IMG/VR virus record: IMGVR_UViG_2061766007_001954 | Strand: one strand, 5' to 3' | DNA from: an uncultured virus (IMG/VR IMGVR_UViG_2061766007_001954) | Lineage: Duplodnaviria > Heunggongvirae > Uroviricota > Caudoviricetes | Length of the DNA stretch: 64,000 nt | Part shown: piece after piece, positions 29,593-40,295 of the stretch | Numbering within the stretch: the stretch's first letter is position 1 | Layout: each line of letters opens with the position of its first letter | The notes under the pieces: model-generated | Seen by the model: the letters and a program-made list of their open reading frames with translations, nothing else | What the model was told of the DNA's origin: nothing | Databases searched by the model: none | Position numbers and translations under genes: made by a program

Positions 29593-31443
29593 ATGCCTAC
29601 TACTTTAGGTCGCGAAATATTGAGGTCCAGATTACCGGACCAGTATAAAAGCCTTGCAGATCGTACTTGGGATAAGAAAACATCTGATCAGATAACGACA
29701 CAGATGGCCCAGGACGATCCCGATGCTTACATTGACATCCTGCAGGATTTGAATAACTTTGGGCAGACTGTTGTGTCTACTTATGGTAGAGACGCTGCTT
29801 TGCCGTTCCGTGACTTAAAGGTCAGCGCTAACATCCGTAATATCAATGCCAAGATTCGTCAGCTCATCGACAAAATACTGGATGATGATCGACTGACAGA
29901 CTCCCAGAAAGAGCAGAAGATAACAGAACTCGGCTATAAGTACACACAGAAGGTAGAAGACGCTGTATTCGATGATATGGATAAGCGCAACACAGCGCTT
30001 GCCAGTCAGATAAATTCTGGTGCTCGCGGCAAAAAAGTGCAACTTCGTCAGATGCTGTTTGGCGACATGCTGATGAAAGATGCGCTGAATCGTGATATGC
30101 CTTATCTGATGATGGATGCATACGCTGATGGCGCTACGCCTACGGGCTACTGGGTAAGTGCGAGCTCTGGGCGTAAAGGTTACTATGATGTCCAGATGGC
30201 AACCGGTCAATCCGGCTATCTGGGCAAGCGTGTAACAGCTGCTACTCATGACACTATTATTAGTGAGGATGACTGCGGAACTACTGATACAGGTGTTCCA
30301 TTCCCTGCCAACAGCACCAGCAATATTGGAGCTGTATTGCTGAAGCCCTTCCATGATCACCCGGCTGGAAGTATCGTCGACAGTAAGATGGTAGCAGAGG
30401 CGGATGACGATGAAGAGATGATTCTTCGTAGCCCTATGACATGCAAAAGCAAGATCGGTGTATGTGCCAAATGCAACGGACTTGGTGAGAATGGAAAATT
30501 CCCTGGAATTGGTGAATATGTTTCTTTGAATGCTGCTAGAAGCTTCGTGGAACCTGTTACTCAAGGCGCTGTTGGTTCCAAGCATGCTGGCGGTATTGGT
30601 GGCAAGAAAGTCATTAATCCAGAGGGTGAGGACCAGCCTACTGGTTTCCGTTCGCTGGAGCGTATGTTCACCACGCCATCCAACTTCCCTGGTGGCGCTG
30701 TATTGGCTCCCGTCGATGGGACTGTCAGCAAGATTCAGCCAGCGGCTCAGGGTGGTACCTATGTTACTGTTGGTAATAAGACGTTGTATTGTTCCCCTTA
30801 TCGCACAATTAAAGTAAAGGAGGGTGATAAGGTTTATGCAGGTGATGTTCTTACCAATGGTGTGCCTAATCCGATGGAACTGGTGGCATTAAAGGGTCTT
30901 GGTGCTGGTCGTGTTTATTTTACAAAACAACTTGGAAAAATTTTGAAGGAAAGCGGCTGGGGGACGGAGCGTCGTAATCTTGAGTCTTTCTCTAGGGCCT
31001 TCCTTAATAAGGTTGAGATAACCAATCCTGACGGTTATCATAATTTCCTGCCAGGAGATACTGTCAACTATAGCGAGATCATGGCTGATTATGAACCGCG
31101 TGATAACTCAGAAGAGCTTGAGCCCTCCAAAGCCATTGATCAGTATCTTGAGAAACCGGTTCTTTATTACAGCATAGGCACTCGCATTACACCTGAAGTT
31201 GCTGCTGACCTTAAGAAGTATCAGTTCAACAGCATATTGGTGAATAAAGAGGCGCCTCCGTTTGCATCCAAGTTTATGAGACCTGCTGAAGGATTGCAAA
31301 AGGATAAGAACTGGCTTCCTCGTCTGTCTGGTGAACGGCTTAAAGAAGGGCTGTTCGATGCAGCAAGACAGGGTATTACAGATCCATATGACTCTCCATC
31401 CTACGTGGATAAGATTATCATCAACCCATTGAAACCGAATTAA
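29593..31443 (+). CDS. rpoC: RNA polymerase beta' C-terminal fragment
   Basis: SGARG, bridge helix GRKG..D...T.QSGYL, DCGT, RSPMTC..VCAKC, trigger loop EPVTQ..KHAGG. Confidence 0.9.
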   Translation: MPTTLGREILRSRLPDQYKSLADRTWDKKTSDQITTQMAQDDPDAYIDILQDLNNFGQTVVSTYGRDAALPFRDLKVSANIRNINAKIRQLIDKILDDDRLTDSQKEQKITELGYKYTQKVEDAVFDDMDKRNTALASQINSGARGKKVQLRQMLFGDMLMKDALNRDMPYLMMDAYADGATPTGYWVSASSGRKGYYDVQMATGQSGYLGKRVTAATHDTIISEDDCGTTDTGVPFPANSTSNIGAVLLKPFHDHPAGSIVDSKMVAEADDDEEMILRSPMTCKSKIGVCAKCNGLGENGKFPGIGEYVSLNAARSFVEPVTQGAVGSKHAGGIGGKKVINPEGEDQPTGFRSLERMFTTPSNFPGGAVLAPVDGTVSKIQPAAQGGTYVTVGNKTLYCSPYRTIKVKEGDKVYAGDVLTNGVPNPMELVALKGLGAGRVYFTKQLGKILKESGWGTERRNLESFSRAFLNKVEITNPDGYHNFLPGDTVNYSEIMADYEPRDNSEELEPSKAIDQYLEKPVLYYSIGTRITPEVAADLKKYQFNSILVNKEAPPFASKFMRPAEGLQKDKNWLPRLSGERLKEGLFDAARQGITDPYDSPSYVDKIIINPLKPN

Positions 31444-31495
31444 TTTTATGTTAAACGATACTAATATAAGACAACAGAGCACTAAAGGAGCTACT

Positions 31496-33613
31496 ATGCA
31501 TCGTCTTATCATCCAACAGAACATGACAAAGAACGCGGCAGAAGAAGACGGTCCTTCTTTCGAGCAGCAGTTCGGTATCCTGGCAAACGCTGTGATAGCG
31601 GACAAGTTCCCGCAGCTGGACGCTATGAAGCTGGCGTTCCAGTTGATTGACAAGACCGAGGACAACTCCAAAGCATGTGGCGCTGCTGTCTACATTGTTG
31701 GTAAGACCGTTATCTTTGTGCCTGCATTCTGCCGTAACGGTCAGATCAATACAGGTGACATGATGCTGATTGGCGAATCGCAGACCTTCCTGCCTATGAG
31801 TGATCCTTGGCTCAGTTGGCTGAAGAACAAAGATCTTGTTCCGGAAGGCGAGCTTATTCCAGCAAACGAGATGGATCCTATTGGCAGCACAAAGGGAACT
31901 ACGATTCGCGAGATCGCTGATCCTATTATCAAGACTGCCAGCGTGTTCTTGAAGGGCCTCTGCAAGCTTGATCCGGAACTTACGAAGACAGCAGCTGCTA
32001 TGAATGTCCTCGATACTAGTCTTCATATGGGTAAGCAGGCTACAGAAGTCATGCTTGACACTGTTATGAAGCCGGACATTCTGAATGCCACCCTTTCTTT
32101 TTACAATCCAGAAGACCTTCAAAAGTTTGCATCAGCCGCTAATGATATGGTTCCTGCTCCGAATGTGCAGGTTATCATGCCATTTGACAAGGAAGCTAAG
32201 GAGCTTAAACCGAATGAACTGAATGCTCTTTATAAAGATGGCTTCTTCATCAAATGTGCCAAGGAAGCAGATGCCCCCAAGGTGATGAGAAAGCAGAAAG
32301 TCAACAATCTCTTTGGAATGATCAAAGAGCCTGGCAAGACCGGTCTGCTGCAGCCTGATGGCACTATTAAAGATGTATATATCATCAAAGGCAGCTATAG
32401 CGGATCTGATGCCGTGTGTTGGGATCACAATAGTAAAGGCGGTACTAGCTATACAAGTGACCATGACGGTTTTATGCCTCCTCGTACTTTCTCCAGAGAG
32501 CAGCCGGAATTCATGATTGTTGCCGATGGTAAGCCCTGCTCTGCTAAGGCCGGTGCTATGGAACTGCTCGCCGATCGTAAGGATTTTAATGAAAATATTT
32601 TGTCTGAAATCGGCAGTCCTCTTAAGGGTTATGAAGGCAGCGAAGAAAAAGGCGTCTTTCTTGTGTTCCCCGACGGATCATTCACTCGTATGTATAATTT
32701 GAAGAAAGGAAAGGATAACACTTGGACACATTGGGACACCACAGTCCAGCTTGCTGAGGATGATAGCACCCTCCAGAAGCCTCTGCCTGTTAGTACGGGC
32801 CTGCTGATTGTTCCTAACAAGACCCGCGTTATTAAGGAAGACAGCGATAGTCGTGCAACAACCGCTGTGCCTGTCGTTACGATGGCAACGCTGGAAGCTT
32901 TCCTTGAGAATTTCACAACAAAGCATTATAACAAGGCTCGTATTTATAATAATGGCTCTGATTACACTGTCAGTGGCAGCAATACGCAGGACGGTGATAA
33001 GCCTCTCAGCTTTAAGGAAGCTTGTCTTGCCCTCGTGAATGATTATGGTGTTGCACCTGCGGATGCGAAGATCATGCTTAAGGACGCCAGCAACGGCGCC
33101 ACTTATGATAATCCGAAGAGTACGGCTTATCTGATCGAAAAGAAAGCCAGTATAGATGGTGGCTGGCAGGATGCCAATATTCCTATGGATCAGCATATCA
33201 ATCAGCCTCCGCAGATCTCTCAGCGCGAGATGCCTACATTCCTGGAAGATCCTGCACAGCTTGAACAGGCTGTTACGCAGGCTGCTCAGGACGGCATCAA
33301 GGAAGTCTTTGATGTTACGATTCTCAAGCTGCTGGTTAAGCAGAACCGTTTCTTTGATGAGATCCAGGAAGACCTGCCTGTATTTATGCAGGTACTCGAC
33401 AGCCTCTGCAGAAAGCTTTTCCAATTCTACTGGCATACGGAGAAGATGGAAGAGAAGTACGGTATGGTAAAGCTTAGATCACTTGAAGAGAGTCTTAAGG
33501 TGACGCTTGAGAGCCTGTCAGAACTTACGATTTTCTTCAAGCTCCGTACAGTTGATGGAACAGGAAGTACAGGCGATGCAATTGGTGGTCTGGTCGCAGA
33601 TTCCATGATGTAA
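31496..33613 (+). CDS. large head-module protein, function unknown
   Basis: SD AAAGGAG; KNAA/KTAS/KTAA/KKAS sites. Confidence 0.6.
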   Translation: MHRLIIQQNMTKNAAEEDGPSFEQQFGILANAVIADKFPQLDAMKLAFQLIDKTEDNSKACGAAVYIVGKTVIFVPAFCRNGQINTGDMMLIGESQTFLPMSDPWLSWLKNKDLVPEGELIPANEMDPIGSTKGTTIREIADPIIKTASVFLKGLCKLDPELTKTAAAMNVLDTSLHMGKQATEVMLDTVMKPDILNATLSFYNPEDLQKFASAANDMVPAPNVQVIMPFDKEAKELKPNELNALYKDGFFIKCAKEADAPKVMRKQKVNNLFGMIKEPGKTGLLQPDGTIKDVYIIKGSYSGSDAVCWDHNSKGGTSYTSDHDGFMPPRTFSREQPEFMIVADGKPCSAKAGAMELLADRKDFNENILSEIGSPLKGYEGSEEKGVFLVFPDGSFTRMYNLKKGKDNTWTHWDTTVQLAEDDSTLQKPLPVSTGLLIVPNKTRVIKEDSDSRATTAVPVVTMATLEAFLENFTTKHYNKARIYNNGSDYTVSGSNTQDGDKPLSFKEACLALVNDYGVAPADAKIMLKDASNGATYDNPKSTAYLIEKKASIDGGWQDANIPMDQHINQPPQISQREMPTFLEDPAQLEQAVTQAAQDGIKEVFDVTILKLLVKQNRFFDEIQEDLPVFMQVLDSLCRKLFQFYWHTEKMEEKYGMVKLRSLEESLKVTLESLSELTIFFKLRTVDGTGSTGDAIGGLVADSMM

Positions 33614-33626
33614 GCCTAATAGGACT

Positions 33627-34523
33627 ATGGCAGAAGAACTCATACTTGCAGAAGAATTGATACCAGCTGAAAGACCTCCCGAGAATACAAGGGAGGTCTT
33701 TCTCAATCCTCCTGATTGGCGGTATCATGCAGCTTGTGCTTATCTCGATGATGAGAAAGCAGGGCTGGCTGCTACAATTCCAACAGACCCCATTGTGCTC
33801 TTAACTATCAGAGCACTTAGAGCATTCAGACGTATTCCTAATAGATTATATATGGATGCCCTTTGGAATGATACAGAGGAAACCATCAGGCTTGGTACCT
33901 CTATGAAGCATTCTGCCATAGTCGCAGAGATTGAAGCACATCTCATTAGCGGACATACAGCGCAGGATCTTAAAGAACATAATAGCATGATTCCTTCTAA
34001 GGTCTACGAGCTTTATAAGTATATCTTCTTTGATCTTACTGGCATAACAGCGGTACATAGTTGGATTCATGATTTCCTGATTGAACCGGAAAGACATACT
34101 CGCAATCAAATTCTACTTCGGTCGAGAATCTTGGCTTACTTGAGTTCGGCTGAGGATGCTGCAGCTTCTGCTGTCTTTGGATTGCCTAATAAGTCTGTGC
34201 AGGAATTGCTGAAAAAAATAGGCTCTAATGAGCGAAATAAGCAACTGTTCGATTACATGGTGAAGCATACAAAGATCCCTCAGGACATCTATGTAACACT
34301 CATGGAAACAGCGCTTAAGAGTATGACGGATAGAGATTTTCAGGAGCATATGCGCGATAGGGACGAGGCTGGAAGCGGCTCACTTGAAGAGTTGTCCGAA
34401 GGCATCGAACAAGGCATTCGTGCTTATAGCCAACAAGAAATAGCAGACGCAAGTGCGGCTGGTAGCGATTTTACAAACCAATATACAGCGTTTTTAACAC
34501 ATAAGGATGCATCTAATGGATGA
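33627..34523 (+). CDS. hypothetical helical protein
   Basis: SD AGGA; position in operon. Confidence 0.65.
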   Translation: MAEELILAEELIPAERPPENTREVFLNPPDWRYHAACAYLDDEKAGLAATIPTDPIVLLTIRALRAFRRIPNRLYMDALWNDTEETIRLGTSMKHSAIVAEIEAHLISGHTAQDLKEHNSMIPSKVYELYKYIFFDLTGITAVHSWIHDFLIEPERHTRNQILLRSRILAYLSSAEDAAASAVFGLPNKSVQELLKKIGSNERNKQLFDYMVKHTKIPQDIYVTLMETALKSMTDRDFQEHMRDRDEAGSGSLEELSEGIEQGIRAYSQQEIADASAAGSDFTNQYTAFLTHKDASNG

Positions 34524-36432
34524 CAACAGAGTTAACCCTATGGAAGAGCGTGCACTGACCAACGCTATTGAGCGTGCGGCAACTGTGGCGTCTATCAATA
34601 CGGATCTTGACCGAAACCAGCTGCTTGCTAATCAGCTGAAGAAAGCGAACATTGATCCGAAGTTCGCAAAGACGGCTTCACAGGCTTTTAATAAGCGTCT
34701 TACTGTGCTGACATTCCAGAAGACTGCAGATGAACATAAGGCAGACAGCTTTCCGCTTACTGATGCTGACGTTGTTTATGGTCTTGTGTCCGGTGCTATC
34801 GAGAAAGCAAGTCAGGACTTTATTGAGAAGGCAGCTGCTTTCCAGATCAACATCGAGGCTACCGAAGAGGAGCCTGCTATGGAGAAAGCTGCCAGCACGC
34901 AGTTTGATTCGTCGAAGCTCTATGAGTATCGTGTCAGCATGGATACCTTTGAAGAACATCTTGACAGCATGATGGATAAGTTTGCTGCAGCTGCCACAGA
35001 GCTTACCTGCAAAGCGCTTTGTCTTAAGAATAAGATTGCTGACGAAGCTGATGAAGTTGCAAATCTGTTCAAGCAGGCGCACTATAATTACGATTTCACA
35101 ACTGCTGTTAATCTGTATGGTGATAAGCTGAAAGCAGCGATTGGCGATAAGTTGGATAAGGAAGCGTCGTTTGTCCCTACATCCAAATTTGTTATTAAGC
35201 CACAGAAGGCTATCTTTGATAAGGTTGCCAAGTTGATCGCTGATAGAGAAGCACTCGAAGATATTGAGACATTCGCTGGTGATTTTGTTAAGGGTGTCAA
35301 CGAATTCATCAAGAGCGCAGCAGATCTTAGTCAGGAATGGCAGTTTAAGAAGTTCGCCGCACCCACATCGCTTGAGCAGGCACAGACTGATTATGACGAG
35401 CTGAACCGTCGTTATACTGAAGCTCTGGCTAATGCGACTGCTAATGGCACAGGTCCTGCCAAAGCTATGGCGGCTGCAGATCTGCTTGCGGGTGGTATTG
35501 CAGGGGGTGCGCAAGCTGGTATTAAGAGCATCAATGATATTACTGGTGCTGCTCGTACTGCTCTCGGCAATGCTCGTGCTCTGTATAGTGCAGGAAACAA
35601 TGTCAGCATCAGTCCTGGTGATTTGCTGGATGCTGCATTCCTTACAAAAGATCGTTATCGTGATCGTCTTCTTGCATGGTCTGATATGAGCGCGGATCCA
35701 CAGCTGGCTCTTTATCCTGCCGAGCAGGTATTCCAAGCCACAAATAAGGCTATGGATATGGATACTTCTCTTGAGCGTCCCGATCAGCGCGAACTTCTGC
35801 GCACACAGGTTGCACAGCTGCTTGCCCAGAACAATAGAGCCTCCACGGCTGATATCGCTGCTCTTGCCAGTACACTTAAAGCGCTTTCTAGCGCTCGTGG
35901 TAACGCTGCTATCGAAGGCGACAAGGCTGTTAAAGAGCTCAGTGATAAGACCAAGCCCGCAGAACCCGAACTTAAGGATATTGTCGGTGTTTATGGTAAG
36001 GATACCGAGGGTCTTAAAGGACTGGCTGAATCTGCAGAGAAAGATTATGATCGCCAGATCTCCAAGCTGGATAAAGCTAATGAGACAAATGCCGCTGCCA
36101 AGCAGAAACAGATCGATGCTCTTGGTAAGAGTGTTGACCAGGCTCGTGGTCGTGTTTTCCAGGCTCTGCAGCAAGGTGAACAGCAAGCATATGCCAGAGA
36201 CCAGAAGGAAAAGGATCGTAACGATAAGCAGAAAGATAGAGATAGTGCCGAAAAGATCCAGCAGTCTAAGAACATTCCTCTGCTTGCTTTGATCCAGGCT
36301 ATGAAGGACGGCAAGATCCCGAAGAATGTTAATCTGAACTTTGGTGATACTACTAATAATTATGAGTCTCGTTCCAAGGATAAGAAAGACAAAGATAAGG
36401 ACGAGAATCAGGCGGATGGGAGTGGCATCTAA
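34516..36432 (+). CDS. helical K-x-A-rich head protein
   Basis: KTAS, KTAD, KAAS, KEAS, KFAA and others; precedes the protease. Confidence 0.6.
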   Translation: MDDNRVNPMEERALTNAIERAATVASINTDLDRNQLLANQLKKANIDPKFAKTASQAFNKRLTVLTFQKTADEHKADSFPLTDADVVYGLVSGAIEKASQDFIEKAAAFQINIEATEEEPAMEKAASTQFDSSKLYEYRVSMDTFEEHLDSMMDKFAAAATELTCKALCLKNKIADEADEVANLFKQAHYNYDFTTAVNLYGDKLKAAIGDKLDKEASFVPTSKFVIKPQKAIFDKVAKLIADREALEDIETFAGDFVKGVNEFIKSAADLSQEWQFKKFAAPTSLEQAQTDYDELNRRYTEALANATANGTGPAKAMAAADLLAGGIAGGAQAGIKSINDITGAARTALGNARALYSAGNNVSISPGDLLDAAFLTKDRYRDRLLAWSDMSADPQLALYPAEQVFQATNKAMDMDTSLERPDQRELLRTQVAQLLAQNNRASTADIAALASTLKALSSARGNAAIEGDKAVKELSDKTKPAEPELKDIVGVYGKDTEGLKGLAESAEKDYDRQISKLDKANETNAAAKQKQIDALGKSVDQARGRVFQALQQGEQQAYARDQKEKDRNDKQKDRDSAEKIQQSKNIPLLALIQAMKDGKIPKNVNLNFGDTTNNYESRSKDKKDKDKDENQADGSGI

Positions 36433-37865
36433 TGATTAATAAACAAGTGCTTCCTGAGTCGTTCGATTTTGGGATGCCTTCTGTGGAGATAGTCAATGTC
36501 GGGTCCAAAGGACTCGATAAGACTGCCATGGTTAAAAGAGCATCTGCATTCGACGACATCCTGGACAAGATTGAGAAGAAAGCCAACCGGACATACCTTC
36601 ATGTTATCACCACTGGAGCCTATGAGCGCTATGGGAGTAACGCAAATTGTGATGCTTGGAATGGTCATGAGATGGAGCATATAGCGCCCTATCCGGAAGA
36701 TGAGCAGCATAAGATTGCGCATTTTGATGGCGGGCTATCTAAGTACCACGACGACACCTACATGAAAGATGGTGCTGTATATCAAGAACATCAGACTAAG
36801 ACTGCTGGTGTGGAGCCATCAGGCGAGATTATTGCAGCTCGTTATAATCAGGATATGGAACGAGGAGAACTCGTTATAGCTGTTGATACAATAAAATGGG
36901 CAGACAGATTACAAAAGAAAGCTTCTGGTCATGATATTTATCTTAGCATAGGTGCCAGCGTACCACATGATACCTGTGTACTGTGCCACCATCAGGCCAA
37001 AGTTGCCAGCGAGCATTGTGATCACTTTAAGAAGCAGCGTGGACAGCTGTTTGAATGTGGCAAGGTTGCTTGCGTCATGAATGACACACCCTCCTTCTAT
37101 GATATTTCCGGTGTGAATGTTCCTGCTGATAAGATTGCATTCGTTCTCCGCAAGATGGCATCGGTTCCTGGTACCATGGAAAAGGAAGCTTCTCTGGAGG
37201 CGGTTACCGCTGTTGGTACGCGGCGTCCTATGCTTCTTACAAAAGCGGCATCCATTCTTGCCAAGCTTGCAGAAATGGAAAAGCAGGTGCAAGGACTTGT
37301 GGAAGGCGACAAAGTCGATCTTGATGCTTTCAAAGACGACGATGATGAAAAGAAAAATCTTATACTACGGGTAGAATCTTATCCAGCAGATGAGGTTATC
37401 GACTCTTGCAACAGAAAAGGTATTCTTCTTTCTCCAGGTATGCTTTTTAAGCTTCTTGGCTCGGATCTCGAAGATGGCAATATCCTCTCTAAGCTTGATG
37501 ACTCCAGCTGTGGTGATATGAGCTGCATGATGCGGGAGCTTGAAGAAGATGAGGACCGTAACGATGAACTTCAGGACGGTTCTTTCGACCAGCATTTTCC
37601 AGCAGACCTGAACCTGGATGATATCCTTAATAAGTTCCTTCCGGAATTTGGTACAGATAATCCAGCCATTCAGGCTAAAATCATTCGTATTACTGTCTCT
37701 CCTAAAGAACATAAAGAAGAGCAGACCAAAGAAGCTTCTTTCAACCCACAGGCCGAACAAGCACTTCGTAAAACCTATGCACGCTATTTGATTAGTTTTG
37801 CTGAGCGTAATTCTGATCAGGCTTGCATGAATGCGCTTATGAAAGTAGCAGCCCTGGGAAAATAA
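36432..37865 (+). CDS. prohead maturation protease (HK97/assemblin-like) with Cys/His zinc insertion
   Basis: SN.NCD, VYQEH, LSIGASV.DTCVLC...CDH, FYDISGVNVPAD; lies upstream of scaffold and MCP. Confidence 0.7.
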   Translation: MINKQVLPESFDFGMPSVEIVNVGSKGLDKTAMVKRASAFDDILDKIEKKANRTYLHVITTGAYERYGSNANCDAWNGHEMEHIAPYPEDEQHKIAHFDGGLSKYHDDTYMKDGAVYQEHQTKTAGVEPSGEIIAARYNQDMERGELVIAVDTIKWADRLQKKASGHDIYLSIGASVPHDTCVLCHHQAKVASEHCDHFKKQRGQLFECGKVACVMNDTPSFYDISGVNVPADKIAFVLRKMASVPGTMEKEASLEAVTAVGTRRPMLLTKAASILAKLAEMEKQVQGLVEGDKVDLDAFKDDDDEKKNLILRVESYPADEVIDSCNRKGILLSPGMLFKLLGSDLEDGNILSKLDDSSCGDMSCMMRELEEDEDRNDELQDGSFDQHFPADLNLDDILNKFLPEFGTDNPAIQAKIIRITVSPKEHKEEQTKEASFNPQAEQALRKTYARYLISFAERNSDQACMNALMKVAALGK

Positions 37866-37935
37866 CCAGATTTCTTCACTCGTTCACTTAGATAACACCA
37901 CAAATTGTGGAACTTAACACAAAGGAATTGTTGAC

Positions 37936-39207
37936 ATGACAAATCAACTTAAGCTGAAAGCTAAGACGCTCCAGGACGTTCTCATGCAGAGCGGCCTTCT
38001 GAAGGATGCGTCTCAGGAAATTACTCATAAGACCCTGCTCGACCAGGATAATCTTGGTAAGGAACAGACGAAGGATCTTCACGAAGGTGTTGAAGGCACC
38101 CTTGCTGATACCGAAGCTGCGAAGAACACCACGACTGAAACTGTTCCGGATCTGCCTGGTGTCCAGGATCTCAATGCCTCTGGTGAGGAGGGTATTCGCG
38201 CTGAGGGCAAGTCTATTGATCTGCAGACCACTGACGGCTGTCCATCCGGCACACCTGCGCAGGAAGCCAAGAAGATGGCTACTGACTATCGCACAGCAAT
38301 CGCGCAGCTCATCTCCCAGAAGCGCGAGCAGGTTAAGCAGGCTTCTGAAGCCCAGGAAAAGAAGGCATCTGAAACCCCTACTGAAACTGAGCAGAAGGTT
38401 CTCACTGGTACTGAAGTTATGGCGAAGTTCGCCTCTCTGTCTCAGACCTCTACCGAAGCCGATATCAAGGATGCCGAAGAGTCTCTCATGAAGCTGGCTT
38501 CCACCAATCCGGCGTTCAATGTCATCCGTGATCGCATTATCATGCGCAAGATGGCTGAGGATATCGATGCTCTGGCTGAAGCTGAAGGCATTAGCCCCGA
38601 AGAGGCTGCTGCTGAGCTTCAGGCTGCTGCGGACGCTGATCCGGCGATGGGTGCAGAACTTGAAGATGAAGCTACCGGTGAAGCGGTTGCCGATCTCGCG
38701 GGTGCAGAAGCTGCTACTGGTGATCTGATGGCTGGTATTGATGAAATGGCTGCCAATGCCTCTGAAGCGCTCGGCCAGGAAGTTACTGCCGATGACATCA
38801 TCGCTGCTGCTGATGAAGTTGTTGCCCAGGCAGAGGCACAAGGGGTAGAACCGGAAGCGATCCTACAAGCTGCAATCGAACAGATGCAGGGCGGTGAGGA
38901 AGATGTTTCTGAAGAAGATCTCGCAGCTGCGGAAGAGATTCTCTCCCAAGCTGCTGAACAGGGAATTAGCCCTGAAGAAGTTATCCAGGCCCTCTCTGAG
39001 GATCTTGGTGGTGACGAAGCTGAAGCCGCTCCTGCGGAAGAAGCAGCCCCTGCTGAGGAAGCCCCTGCGGAAGAGCCTGCTGAAAATGAAGGCGAAAAGA
39101 AGGAAGCGTCTGCAGTCCAGACTACTGAGAAGGTTGCCAGTGTGCAGCAGAAACAGGCTAGTACGACACGCGCAGCATACGTTCAGTTCCTTCGCCATCA
39201 GAAATAA
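37936..39207 (+). CDS. acidic scaffold/core protein
   Basis: Very E/A-rich; many KxAS; between protease and MCP. Confidence 0.6.
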   Translation: MTNQLKLKAKTLQDVLMQSGLLKDASQEITHKTLLDQDNLGKEQTKDLHEGVEGTLADTEAAKNTTTETVPDLPGVQDLNASGEEGIRAEGKSIDLQTTDGCPSGTPAQEAKKMATDYRTAIAQLISQKREQVKQASEAQEKKASETPTETEQKVLTGTEVMAKFASLSQTSTEADIKDAEESLMKLASTNPAFNVIRDRIIMRKMAEDIDALAEAEGISPEEAAAELQAAADADPAMGAELEDEATGEAVADLAGAEAATGDLMAGIDEMAANASEALGQEVTADDIIAAADEVVAQAEAQGVEPEAILQAAIEQMQGGEEDVSEEDLAAAEEILSQAAEQGISPEEVIQALSEDLGGDEAEAAPAEEAAPAEEAPAEEPAENEGEKKEASAVQTTEKVASVQQKQASTTRAAYVQFLRHQK

Positions 39208-39218
39208 GGAGTCCTATA

Positions 39219-39635
39219 ATGCAGGACGAAGCTCTTGAACAAATGACGAAACTGGCAAACGAGCTCTGCGATAAGCTTGAGGCTACAGAAGCAGAGAACA
39301 AGAGCCTTAAGGAGCAGCTTGCGCAGGTCAAGACCGCCTCTGCTGCTCTGGCAGAAGCTCCTACGCTGTCAGAGGAAGTCGTGCAGGCTACCTGCGATGC
39401 GCTGGTGAAAGCTGGCAGCATTACCGCAGAGCAGGTTGCAGACTGCAAAGAAGCATTCAATAAGGATCCTGAAGCTGTGCACCGCACTCTTGTTCAGATC
39501 CTTAACGCGCCAGCTCAAACAAAGGTCGCACACTCTGAGGAAGATGTGAGCGGTGGTACTCTTGTTAATGGTACTCCCGCCGCTGAAACCGACAAGTATG
39601 CGAAAATGTACGAACAACTCGGCCTTTATTTTTAA
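39219..39635 (+). CDS. small scaffold-like protein
   Basis: Coiled coil, KTAS. Confidence 0.5.
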   Translation: MQDEALEQMTKLANELCDKLEATEAENKSLKEQLAQVKTASAALAEAPTLSEEVVQATCDALVKAGSITAEQVADCKEAFNKDPEAVHRTLVQILNAPAQTKVAHSEEDVSGGTLVNGTPAAETDKYAKMYEQLGLYF

Positions 39636-39654
39636 CAAGTGAAAGGTAATTCAT

Positions 39655-40275
39655 ATGGCTATTACACGTACTGATCAGCTTTCTCGGCAGATGGAACACT
39701 CCGCCGTGATCGCTCACGGTGCACATCCGGAATATCGCCTTGAGTTTCCTGCTGAAGTTGATGGCACCGCTGCCAACTTCGACAAGATCTATCAGGGTTC
39801 CGTCGTCTCGCTGAATGCCAGTGGCAAGTATGTCATTGGTTGCGGCGCTGGCTCCGATGTTAACTACCCGGTTCCGTGCATCTCCCTCAAGAACGTCTTC
39901 GATCCAGATGTGACGACTGGCAAGCTCGGCACTGGCACCTATGTTGTCGGTGGCACTGCTTTCGTTCTTCCTGACTATCGTAAGACCACTTACAGCGCAG
40001 TCGGTGGCAAGATTACTGCTATCCCCTGCACTGGCGGCTATGAAATCGAAACGACTGAGTTCGACAGCTCCAAGACGTATCATCCGAATGATGTCCTCAT
40101 TCCTGGTACCACCGCTGGTGTTGATCTTGGTTTCGTGACCGTTCCTGCGTCCAGCACCGTTGGTATTGGCGCGGCTCCGGTTGTCGGCTTTGTGTCCCGT
40201 GCGACGTTCACTGTTGATTCCTATCAGCAGAAGCGCATTTCGTTCTGGACCAACTTCATTCCGGCGACTCACTGA
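39655..40275 (+). CDS. capsid decoration/cement protein (putative)
   Basis: Beta-rich 206 aa directly before the MCP; strong codon bias. Confidence 0.55.
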   Translation: MAITRTDQLSRQMEHSAVIAHGAHPEYRLEFPAEVDGTAANFDKIYQGSVVSLNASGKYVIGCGAGSDVNYPVPCISLKNVFDPDVTTGKLGTGTYVVGGTAFVLPDYRKTTYSAVGGKITAIPCTGGYEIETTEFDSSKTYHPNDVLIPGTTAGVDLGFVTVPASSTVGIGAAPVVGFVSRATFTVDSYQQKRISFWTNFIPATH

Positions 40276-40295
40276 TAACAGAAGGAGTATGAACT

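Noticed and set aside
16465..31443. Host chromosomal rpoBC locus
   Set aside because: No ribosomal-protein neighbours; split, reduced and embedded among phage head genes
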